DNA from: Candidatus Oxydemutator sp.
GTDB taxonomy: Bacteria > Pseudomonadota > Gammaproteobacteria > Poriferisulfidales > Oxydemutatoraceae
Direction: 5' to 3'
Assembly (NCBI GenBank): GCA_965203445.1
Contig: OZ241883.1
Span: 800,001-864,000, forward strand
DNA length: 64,000 nucleotides
Shown here: piece after piece, positions 50,701-62,700 of the stretch
How the letters are laid out: each line of letters begins with the position of its first letter
How positions within the stretch are numbered: position 1 is the stretch's first letter
Notes under the pieces: generated by a model
The model's input: the letters and a program-made list of their open reading frames with translations, nothing else
The model's database searches: none
Told to the model about the DNA's origin: nothing
Program-made: the position numbers and the translations under genes

Positions 50701-53700
50701 CGTAATGAGCACGGTGGCGGTCGCCGCCAGATCGCGCGCGTCCGTCGCCCTCAATGCAAATCCCAGCACCGCCGCCTCCGCCAGACCCGACGGCGCCACG
50801 AAGCTCGCGTTGATAGACGTTGCGTCTCTCAACGTAACCAACGGTTGACCGCTGGTCTGGCTCCATTGATACCTCAGACTCTCCAACTCCGGATCAAACG
50901 CGCTGCCACGCAGGGTTACCGTCTGGCCTTCGCTGACGAGCCGGTCGTCACCCGCACCCACCACCGGCGCGTCGTTCGGCCCGGCCTGCACCGTGATTAC
51001 CACGACCACGGGGGCCGCATGACCGCTCCGATCATCGGACACATACAACGTGAACTCCAAATCCTCGTCATTGGCCAACTGCGTCGGCGCCGTGAACGTC
51101 GTACGCCTGCTTTCGCCAAACCCCTCCAGATTCACAAAGTAAGACCTGAGCGGATTGCTGCCGGCTCCGGTTTGACCCCAGCGATACGTCAGCGCATCGC
51201 CTTCCGGATCGCGCGCGCTGCCGATCAGAACCACCACGGCGCCCTCGGACACGATCTGAGCAGGCCCGGCGTCCGCCACCGGCGCATCATTCGGGCCGGC
51301 GCGCACCGTGACCTCCACCGTGTTCGGCGTGTCATCACCCGACTGCGCTTCCCTAGGCGACGACAAACCGCGCGTATCCGTCACCACCAGCACGAACGCA
51401 AGGGTCTCGCTACTTATCAACTGCACCGGCGCCGCGAACGTCGTGGTTACCGACAGCGCGTTCGTCAGCGTGACGCTCCTGCCGCCGATCTGACGCCAGC
51501 CATACACCAGCATCTCGTCCTCCGGATCGCTGCTGCCGACACCGTCCAGCGTTACCACGTCGCCCTCGGACACGACCTGATCAAGCCCGGCGGCCGCCAT
51601 CGGCGCGTCGTTCTCGCCCGGGCGCACCGTGATCACCACCAAGTTCCCCGTCATGCCGTCAAACTGCGCTTCCACGGGAGACGACAAACCGCGCGTGTCC
51701 GACACCACCAGCACGAACGTCAGGGTCTCGCTACTTACCAACTGTAGCGGCGCCGTGAACGTCGCGCTGCGCATCCCGGCACCGCGCAACACCACCTGGC
51801 TGCCGCTGACCTGACGCCAGCCATACGTCAGATCCTCTCTCTCCGGATCGCTGCTGCCGACACCGTCCAGCGTGACCACGTCGCCCTCGTCCACCACCTG
51901 ATCGGCGCCCGCGTCCGCCACCGGCGCGTCGTTCTCGCCCGCTCGCACCGTGACCGCCACCAAGTTCCCCGTCATGCCGTCATACTGCGCTTCCACGGGC
52001 GACGACAAACCGCGCGTGTCCGACACCACCAGCACGAACGCAAGGGTCTCGCTACTCGCCAACTGTACCGGCGCCGTGAACGTCGCGCTGCGCATCCCGG
52101 CCCCGTGCAACGTCACCTGGCTGCCGCTGACCTGACGCCAGCCATACGTCAGATCCTCTCTCTCCGGATCGCTGCTGCCGATGCCGTCCAGCGTTACCAC
52201 GTCACCCTCGTCCACCACCTGATCGGCGCCCGCGTCCGCCGTCGGCGCGTCGTTCTCGCCCGGTCGCACCGTGACCACCACCGTGTTTGTCGTCCTGTCA
52301 GCAAACCGCGCTTCCCGTGGCGACGACAAACCGCGCGTGTCCGACACCACCAGCACGAATGAAAAGGTCTCGCTACTCACCAACTGTACCGGCGCCGTGA
52401 ACGTCACGATGCGCATCCCGGCGCCGTGCAACACCACCTGGCTGCCGCTGACCTGACGCCAGCCATACACCAGCATCTCGTCCTCCGGATCGCTGCTGCC
52501 TACGCCGTCCAGCGTTACCACCTCGCCCTCGTCCACTATCTGATCGGCGCCCGCGTCCACCATCGGCGCGTCGTTCTCGCCCGGTCGCACCGTGACCACC
52601 ACCGTGTTCGTCGTCTGACCGCTCAACTGCCGTTCCACGGGCGACGACAGTCCGCGCGTGTCCGACACCACCAGCACGAACGCAAGAGTCTCGCTACTCG
52701 CCAACTGTAGCGGCGCCGTGAACGTCGCGCTGCGCATCCCGGCGCCGCGCAACACCACCTGGCTGCCGCTGATCTGACGCCAGCCATACGTCAGATCCTC
52801 TCTCTCCGGATCGCTGCTGCCTACGCCGTCCAGCGTGACCACGTCGCCCTCGTCCACCACCTGATCGGCGCCCGCGTCCGCCACCGGCGCGTCGTTCTCG
52901 CCCGCTCGCACCGTGACTACCGCCAGGTTCGTCGTCCTGCCGTCAAACTGCGCTTCCGCGGGCGACGACAGACCGCGCACGTCCGACACCACCAGCATGA
53001 ACGCAAGGGTCTCGCTATTCACCAACTGCACCGGCGCCGTGAACGTCGCACTGCGCATCCCGGCACCGCGCAACGACACCCGGCTGCCGCTGATCTGACG
53101 CCAGGCATACGTCAGATCCTCTCTCTCCGGATCACTGCTACCGACGCCGTCCAGCGTCACCACGTCGCCCTCGTCCACCATCTGATCGGCGCCCGCGTCC
53201 GCCGTCGGCGCGTCGTTCTCGCCCGGCAACACCTCGACCGACACCTCGGCAGACGAACTCGCATTGCGCCGATCCGTCGCCGTCAGCCGGAACACCAGCG
53301 TCGCCGTCTCCGCCAACTGCACCGGCGCCCTGAAACTCGCCCTGTCCGTCGTCGGCTCGCCCAGCCCCACGTCAATACCATCCGTCTGTTCCCACCTATA
53401 CAACAGACGGCCGCCCTCGGTGTCCGTCGCACTGCCGCGCAACGTGACCTCCGCACCTTCGTCCACCACTTGATCCGAACCGGCATCCACCATCGGCGGC
53501 GTGTTGACCCCCAACTCCACATAGACCACCAAGTCATCGGTCGTCGCCGCATCGCGCTCGTCCGTAACACGCAACGCAAACGCTATCTCCGTCGCCGAAC
53601 TCAAACCCGTCGGTATCACAAAGCTCGTAATCCTCGACGACGCATCGCTCAACGCAACGCCCAGCACCTCCGCACCGCTGGTCTGACTCCACCGATACCT

Positions 53701-56700
53701 CAACTCCTCGCCCTCAGGATCATAGGCGCTGCCGCGCAATACCACCACGTCGCCCTCGCCCGCAAGCAGATCATCGCCCGCGTCCACCACCGGCGCGTCG
53801 TTCGCGCCCGCACGCACCGTGACCACCACCGTGTTCGTCGTCTGACCAGCATACTGCGCCTCCACGGGCGACGACAAACCGCGCACGTCCGACACCACCA
53901 GCACGAACGTCAGGGTCTCGTTGCTCACCAACTGCTGCGGCGCCACGAACGTCGTGCTGCGCGCTCCGGCATCGTGCAACGACACCTGACTGCCGCTGAT
54001 CTGACGCCAGCCATACACCAGCATCTCGTTCTCTGGATCGCTGCTGCCTGCGCCGTCCAGCGTCACCACCGCGCCCTCGTCCACCATCTGATCGGCGCCC
54101 GCGTTCGCCGTCGGCGCGTCGTTCTCGCCCGGGCGCACCGCGACCGACACCGTGTCCGTGCCCACCGCGTCGCGCGCGTCCGTTACCGTCAACTCGAACA
54201 CCAGCGTCGCCGTCTCCGCCAACTGCGTCGGCGCCGTGAACGTCGCGGTGGCCGTGGCGGTGGTCGTGGCGCCTACCGTCTCTCCCGTCAGCGCAACTCG
54301 ACCGCCGCCGACCTGACGCCAGCCATAGCTCAACTCCTCTCTCTCCGGATCGTCGCTGCCGTCGCCGTCCAGCGTTACCATCTCGCCCTCGTCCACCACC
54401 TGATCATCGCCCGCGTCCGCCACCGGCGCGTCGTTCTCGCCCGCGCGCACCGTGACCACCACCGTGTTCGTCGTCTGACCGCTCAACTGCCGTTCCACCG
54501 GCGACGACAGACCCCGCGTGTCCGTCACCACCAGCACGAACGTCAGGGTCTCGCTATTCACCAGCTGCTCCGGCGCCACAAACGTCGTGCTGCGCGCCCC
54601 GGCGTCGTGCAACGGCACCTGGCTGCCGTCGACCTGACGCCAGCCATACGTCAGATCCTCTCTCTCTGGATCACTGCTGCCTGCACCGTCCAGCGTTACC
54701 ACCTCGCCCTCGTCCACCATCTGATCATCGCCCGCATCCGCCGTCGGCGCATCGTTCTCGCCCGGTCGCACCGCGACCGACACCTCGGCAGACGAACTCG
54801 CATTGCGCCGGTCCGTCGCCGTCAGACGGAACACCAGCGTCGCCGTCTCCGCCAACTGCACCGGCGCCCTGAAACTCGCCCTATTCGTCGTCGGTTCGCC
54901 CAGCCCCACGTCAATACCGCCAATCTGTTCCCATCTATACGACAGACGGCCACCCTCGGTGTCCGTCGCACTGCCGCGCAACGTGACCTCGGCGCCTTCG
55001 CCTACCACTTGATCCGAACCGGCATCCACCATCGGCGGCGTGTTGACCCCCAACTCCACATAGACCACCAAATCATCGGTCGTCGCGGCACCGCGCTCGT
55101 CCGTAACACGCAACGCAAACGCTATCTCCGTCGCCGAACTCAAACCCGTCGGTATCACAAAGCTCGTAATCCTAGACGACGCATCGCTCAACGTAACTCC
55201 CAGCACCTCCGCACCGCTGGTCTGACTCCACCGATACCTCAACTCCTCGTCCTCAGGATCATAGGCGCTGCCGCGCAGCACCACCACGTCGCCCTCGCCC
55301 GCAAGCAGATTATCGCCCGCGTCCACCACCGGCGCGTCGTTCGCTCCCGCTCGCACTTCGACCACTACCGTGTCCGTGTCCGTCGCCCCGCGCGCGTCCG
55401 CCACCGTCAACTCGAACACCAGCGTCGCCGTCTCCACCAACTGCATCGGCGCCGTGAACGTCACGGTGGTCGTCGTGGTGGTCGTGGCGCCTATCGTCGC
55501 TCCCGTCAGCGTCACTCGACCGCCGCCGATCTGACGCCAGCCATACGTCAGATCCTCTCTCTCTGGATCACTGCTGCCATCGCCGTCCAGCGTTACCAGT
55601 CCGCCCTCGTCCACCACCTGATCATCGCCCGCGTCCGCCACCGGCGCGTCGTTCTCGCCCGCGCGCACCGTCACCACCACCGTCGCCGTCGTCGAAACCG
55701 CACCACGCGTGTCCGTTACACGCAGCGCAAACTCCAACTCCTCATCCGACACCAACTGCATCGGCGCCGTGAAACTCGCGGTTACCGACATCGCGTTCGT
55801 CAGCGTAACGCGCACGCCCCGGGTCTGACTCCAGACATACACCAGCGCTTCTTTCTCCGGATCGTTACTGGCGTCGCCGTCCAGTATCACCACCGCGCCC
55901 TCGTCCACCACCTGATCATCGCCCGCGTCCGCCACCGGCGCATCGTTCGCGCCCGGACGCACCGTGATCACCACCGTGTTCGTCGTCTGATCACTCAACT
56001 GACGATCCCTCGGCGACGACAACCCGCGCGTGTCCGTCGCCACCAGCACGAACGTCAGGGTCTCGCTGCTCACCAGCTGCACCGGCGCCACAAACGTCGT
56101 GCTGCGCGCCCCGGCGTCGTGCAACGACACCTGACTGCCGCTGATCTGACGCCAGCCATACACCAACATCTCGTCCTCCGGATCGCTGCCCGCGCCGGCC
56201 AGCGTCACCACGTCGCCCTCGTCCACCACCTGATCGGCGCCCGCGTCCGCCGTCGGTGCGTCGTTCTCGCCCGGAACCACCTCGACCACCACCGTGGCCG
56301 TGCCCGTCGCGTCGCGCGCGTCCGTTACCGTCAACTCGAACACCAGCGTCGCCGTCTCCGCCAACTGCACCAGCGCCGTGAACGTCGCGGTTACCGACAT
56401 CGCGTTCGTCAGCGTGACTCCCCTGCCGCCGACCTGACGCCAGCCATACCTCAACTCCTCTCTCTCCGGATCCCCGCTGGCTACGCCGTCCAGCGTCACC
56501 ATCTCGCCCTCGTCCACCACCTGATTGGCGCCCGCGTCCGCTATCGGCGCATCGTTCGCGCCCGGACGCACCGTGATCACCACCGTGTTCGTCGTCTGAT
56601 CACTCAACTGACGATCCGCAGGCGACGACAGACCGCGCGTGTCCGTCGCCACCAGCACGAACGTCAGGGTCTCGCTGCTCACCAACTGCACCGGCGCTTT

Positions 56701-59700
56701 GAACGTCGTGCTGCGCGCCCCGCCGTCGTGCAACGACACCTGACTGCCGCTGATCTGACGCCAGCCATACACCAGCACCTCGTCCTCCGGATCGCTGCCA
56801 ACCCCGTCCAGCGTCACCACGTCGCCCTCGTCCACCACCTGATCGGCGCCCGCGTCCGCCGTCGGCGCGTCGTTCTCGCCCGCGCGCACCGTCACCACCA
56901 CCGTCGCCGTCGTCGAACCCGCACCACGCGTGTCCGTTACACGCAGCGCAAACTCCAACTCCTCATCCGACACCAACTGCACCGGCGCCGTGAAACTCGC
57001 GGTTACCGACTGCGCGTTCGTCAGCGTGACGCGCACACCCCGGGTCTGACTCCAGACATACGCAAGCGCTTCTTTCTCCGGATCGCTGCTGGCGCCGCCG
57101 TCCAGTACCACCACCGCGCCCTCGGACACCACCTGCGCAATACCGGCGTCCGCCGTCGGCACGTCGTTCGCCCCCGCTCGCACCGTGATCATCACCGTGT
57201 TCGTCGCGTTCACCCCGCTCACGCTCCGACCCCGTATCCGAGAACGCGTCGAAGACTCGCCGCGCTCGTCCGTCGCCACCAGCAGAAACTCCAATACCTC
57301 GTCTTCCACCAGCTGCGACGGCGCCGTGAACGTCGCCACCGCCGACGACAGCGCGCTCGTCAGTGTGACCTTCCTGCCCACGGTCTGGCTCCAGCGATAC
57401 CTCAACGTCTCCCTCTCCAGATCGCTGCCGACGCCGCTCAAAACCACCACCGCGCTCTCCGATACGACCTGATCCTCCCCGACCCGCACCGTCGGCGCAT
57501 CGTTCTCGCCCGGCACCACCTCGACCGACACCGTGGCCGTGCCCACCGCGTCGCGCGCGTCCGTTACCGTCAACTCGAACACCAGCGTCGCCGTCTCCGC
57601 CAACTGCACCGGCGCCGTGAACGTCGCGGTTACCGACATCGCGTTCGTCAGCGTGACTCCCCTGCCGCCAACCTGACGCCAGCCATACCTCAACTCCTCT
57701 CTCTCCGGATCCCTGCTGGCTACGCCGTCCAGCGTCACCATCTCGCCCTCGTCCACCACCTGATTGGCGCCCGCGTCCGCTACCGGCGCATCGTTCTCGC
57801 CCGGGCGCACCGTGATCACCACCGTGTTCGTCGTCTGATCACTCAACTGCCGCTCCACGGGCGACGACAACCCGCGCGTGTCCGTCGCCACCAGCACGAA
57901 CGTCAGGGTCTCGCTGCTCACCAACTGCACCGGCGCCTTGAACGTCGTGCTGCGCGCCCCGGCGTCGTGCAACGACACCTGACTGCCGCTGATCTGACGC
58001 CAGCCATACACCAGCATCTCGTCCTCCGGATCACTGCCCGCGCCGGCCAGCGTCACCACGTCGCCCTCGTCCACCACCTGATCGGCGCCCGCGTCTGCCA
58101 CCGGCGCATCGTTCGCGCCCGGGCGCACCGTGATCACTACCAAGTTCGTCGTCATGCCGGCAAACTGCGCCTCCACGGGCGACGACAAACCGCGCGTGTC
58201 CGACACTACCAGCACGAACGAAAGGGTCTCGCTGCTCACCAACTGCACCGGTGCCAGGAACGTCGTGCTGCGCGCCACGGCGTCGTGCAACGACACCTGA
58301 CTGCCGCTGATCTGACGCCAGCCATACACCAGCATCTCGTTCTCCGGATCCCTACCTACGCCGGCCAGCGTTACCACGTCGCCCTCGTCCACCACCTGAT
58401 CGGCGCCCGCGTCCGCCGTCGGCGCGTCGTTCGGCCCCGGCAACACCTCGACCGTCACCTCGTCCGACGAACTCGCATTGCGTACGTCCGTCACCGTAAG
58501 CCTGAACACCAGCGTCGCCGTCTCCGCCAACTGCACCGGCGCCGTGAAACTCGTGTTATCCGTCGTCGGCTCGCCCAACCCCACGTCGCGACCGCCGGTC
58601 TGTTCCCACCTATACGCCAAAACACCGCCCTCGGTGTCTCTCGCTCCGCCGCTCAATCGTACCGTTTCCCCTTCGCCAACCACTTGGTCAAGGCCCGCCT
58701 CCGCCACCGGCGGCGTGTTGGCTCCCAACTCCACCGTAATGAGCACGGTGGCGGTCGCCGCCAGATCGCGCGCGTCCGTCGCCCTCAACGCAAATCCCAG
58801 CACCGCCGCCTCCGCCAGACCCGACGGCGCCACGAAGCTCGCGTTGATAGACGTTGCGTCTCTCAACGTAACCAACGGTTGACCGCTGGTCTGGCTCCAT
58901 TGATACCTCAGACTCTCCAACTCCGGATCAAACGCGCTGCCACGCAGGGTTACCGTCTGGCCTTCGCTGACGAGCCGGTCGTCACCCGCACCCACCACCG
59001 GCGCGTCGTTCGGGCCGGCCTGCACCGTGATTACCACGACCACGGGGGCCGCATGACCGCTCCGATCATCGGACACATACAACGTGAACTCCAAATCCTC
59101 GTCATTGGCCAACTGCGTCGGCGCCGTGAACGTCGTACGCCTGCCTTCGCCAAAATTCTCCAGACTCACGTAGTAAGGCCTGATGAACGGACTGCTGCCG
59201 ATTCCGGTTTGACGCCAGCGATACCTCAGCGCATCGCCTTCCGGATCGCGCGCGCTGCCGATCAGAACCACCACGGCGCCCTCGGACACGATCTGAGCAG
59301 GCCCGGCGTCCGCCACCGGCGCGTCGTTCGGGCCGGCGCGCACCGTGATCTCCACCGTGTTCGGCGTGTCATCACCCGACTGCGCTTCCCTAGGCGACGA
59401 CAAACCGCGCGTATCCGTCACCACCAGCACGAACGCAAGGGTCTCGTCACTTCTCAACTGCACCGGCGCCGCGAACGTCGTCGTTACCGACAGCGCGTTC
59501 GTCAGCGTGACGCTCCTGCCGCCGATCTGACGCCAGCCATACACCAGCATCTCGTCCTCCGGATCGCTGCTGCCGACACCGTCCAGCGTTACCACGTCGC
59601 CCTCGGTCACGACCTGATCAAGCCCGGCGTCCGCCATCGGCGCGTCGTTCTCGCCCGCTCGCACCGTGATCACCACCGTGTTCGTCGTCTGATCGCTCAA

Positions 59701-62700
59701 CTGCCGCTCCGCAGGCGACGACAGACCCCGCGTGTCCGTCGCCACCAGCACGAACGTCAGGGTCTCGCTGCTCACCAACTGCACCGGTGCCAGGAACGTC
59801 GTGCTGCGCGCCCCGGCGTCGTGCAACGACACCTGACTGCCGCTGATCTGACGCCAGCCATACACCAGCATCTCGTTCTCCGGATCGCTGCCCGCGCCGG
59901 CCAGCGTTACCACGTCGCCTTCGTCCACCACCTGATCGGCGCCCGCGTCCGCCACCGGCGCGTCGTTCTCGCCCGGGCGCACCGTGATCACCACCGTGTT
60001 CGTCGTCTGATCGCTCAACTGCCTCTCCCTCGGCGACGACAGACCCCGCGTGTCCGTCGCCACCAGCACGAACGTCAGGGTCTCGCTGCTCACCAGCTGC
60101 ACCGGCGCCAGGAACGTCGTGCTGCGCGCTGCGGCGTCGTGCAACGACACCTGACTGCCGCTGATCTGACGCCAGCCATACACCAGCATCTCGTTCTCCG
60201 GATCCCTACCTACGCCGGCCAGCGTTACCATCTCGCCCTCGTCCACCACCTGATCATCGCCCGCGTCCGCCGTCGGCGCGTCGTTCTCGCCCGGCACCAC
60301 CTCGACCACCACCACGTCCGTGCCCGTCGCGTCGCGCGCGTCCGTTACCGTCAACTCGAACACCAGCGTCGCCGTCTCCGCCAACTGCATCGGCGCCGTG
60401 AACGTCGCGGTGGTCGCGGTGGTCATGGTGCCTATCGTCGCTCCCGTCAGCGCCACTTGACCGCCGCCGATCTGACGCCAGCCATACCGCAACTCCTCTC
60501 TCTCCGGATCGTTGCTGCCGTCGCCGTCCAGCGTTACCATCTCGCCCTCGTCCACCACCTGATCATCACCCGCGTCCGCCACCGGCGCGTCGTTCTCGCC
60601 GGCGCGCACCGTGATCACCACCGTCGCGATCGTCGAACCCGCACCCCGCGTGTCCGTTACCCGCAGCGCAAACTCCAATTCCTCATCCGACACCAACTGC
60701 ATCGGCGCCGTGAAACTCGCGGTTACCGACTGCGCGTTCGTCAGCGTAACGCGCACACCCCGGGCCTGACTCCAGCCATACTCCAGCACCTCCTCCTCCG
60801 GATCGCTGCTGCCTACGCCGTCCAGTATCACCACCGCGCCCTCGGACACCACCTGCGCAAGACCCGCGTCCGCCGTCGGCGCGTCGTTCTCGCCCGCGCG
60901 CACCGTCACCACCACCGTGTTCGTCGTGATCTCTCCGCCCACGCTCTGGTTCCGTATCCGCGACCGCGTCGAAGACTCGCCGCGCTCGTCCGTCGCCACC
61001 AACAGAAACTCCAATACCTCGTCGTCCACCAACTGCGACGGCGCCACAAACGTCGTGGTCAACGACTGCGCGTCCGTCAGCGTGACCTTCCTGCCCACGG
61101 TCTGGCTCCAGCTATACCGCAACGTCTCTTTCTCCGGATCGCTGCCGCTGCCGCTCAACACCACCACCGCGCTCTCCGACACGATCTGATCCTCCCCGAC
61201 CTGCACCGTCGGCGCGTCGTTCTCGCCGGCGCGCACCGCGACCGACACCGTGGCCGTGCCCGCTGCACCGCGTTCGTCCGTTACCGTCAACTCGAACACC
61301 AGCACCGCCGTCGTCGCCAGCTGCTCCGGCGCCGTGAACGTCGCGGTTACCGACTGCGCGTTCGTCAGCGTGACCTTCCTGCCCACGGTCTGGCTCCAGC
61401 GATACCTCAACATCTCTCTCTCCGGATCGCTGCCGGCGCCGCTCAAAACCACCACGGCATTCTCGTCCACCACCTGATCATCGCCCGCGTCCGCTTCCGG
61501 CGCGTCGTTCTCGCCCGGTCGCACCGTGATCACCACCGTGTTCGTCGTCTGATCGCTCAACTGCCGCTCCGCAGGCGACGACAACCCTCGCGTGTCCGTC
61601 GCCACCAGCACGAACGTCAGGGTCTCGCTGCTCGCCAACTGCACCGGCGCCAGGAACGTCGTGCTGCGCGCTGCGGCGTCGTGCAACGACACCTGACTGC
61701 CGCTGATCTGACGCCAGCCATACACCAGCATCTCGTCCTCCGGATCGCTGCCAACTCCGACCAACGTAACCACCTCGCCCTCGTCCACCACCTGGTCGGC
61801 GCCTGCGTCCGCTACCGGCGCGTCGTTCGGCCCCGGGCGCACCGCGACCGACACCGTGGCCGTGCCCGCCGCGTCGCGTTCGTCCGTTACCGTCAACTCG
61901 AACACCAGCACCGCCGTCGTCGCCAACTGCTCCGGCGCCGTGAACGTCGCGGTTACCGACTGCGCGTTCGTCAGCGTGACCTTCCTGCCCACGGTCTGGC
62001 TCCAGATATACCTCAACATCTCCTTCTCCGGATCGCTGCTGCCAGTGCCGTCCAGCGTTACCACGTCGCCCTCGTCCACCATCTGATCGGCGCCCGCGTC
62101 CGCCAACGGCGCGTCGTTCTCGCCCGCTCGCACCGTGATCACCACCGTGTCCGTGCCCGTCGCGTCGCGCGCGTCCGTCACCGTCAACTCGAACACCAGT
62201 GTCGCCGTCTCCGCCAACTGCATCGGCGCCGTGAACGTCGCGGTGGTCCTGGCGCCTATCATCGCTCCCGTCAGCGTAACTTGCCCGCTGCCGATCTGAC
62301 GCCAGCTATACCGCAATTCCTCTCTCTCCAGATCGCTGCTGCCGTCACCGTCCAGCGTTACCATCTCGCCCTCGTCCACCACCTGATCATCACCCGCGTC
62401 CGCCACCGGCGCGTCGTTCGCGCCCGGGGGCACCGTGACCACCACCAAGTTCGTCGTCATGCCAACAAACTGCGCTTCCACCGGCGACGACAAACCGCGC
62501 GTGTCCGACACCACCAGCACGAACGAAAGGGTCTCGCTACTCACCAACTGCGACGGCGCCACAAACGTCGTGCTGCGTGCTGCGGCGTCGTGCAACGACA
62601 CCTGACTGCCGCTGACCTGACGCCAGCCATACGTCAGATCCTCATTCTCCGGATCCCTGCTGCCAACCCCGTCCAGCGTTACCACCTCGCCCTCGTCCAC

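Noticed and set aside
41368-51747. Very long plus-strand ORFs (901 aa, 2545 aa)
   Set aside because: Antisense shadows of the repetitive, codon-biased giant gene; Arg/His-rich with no protein-like motifs.
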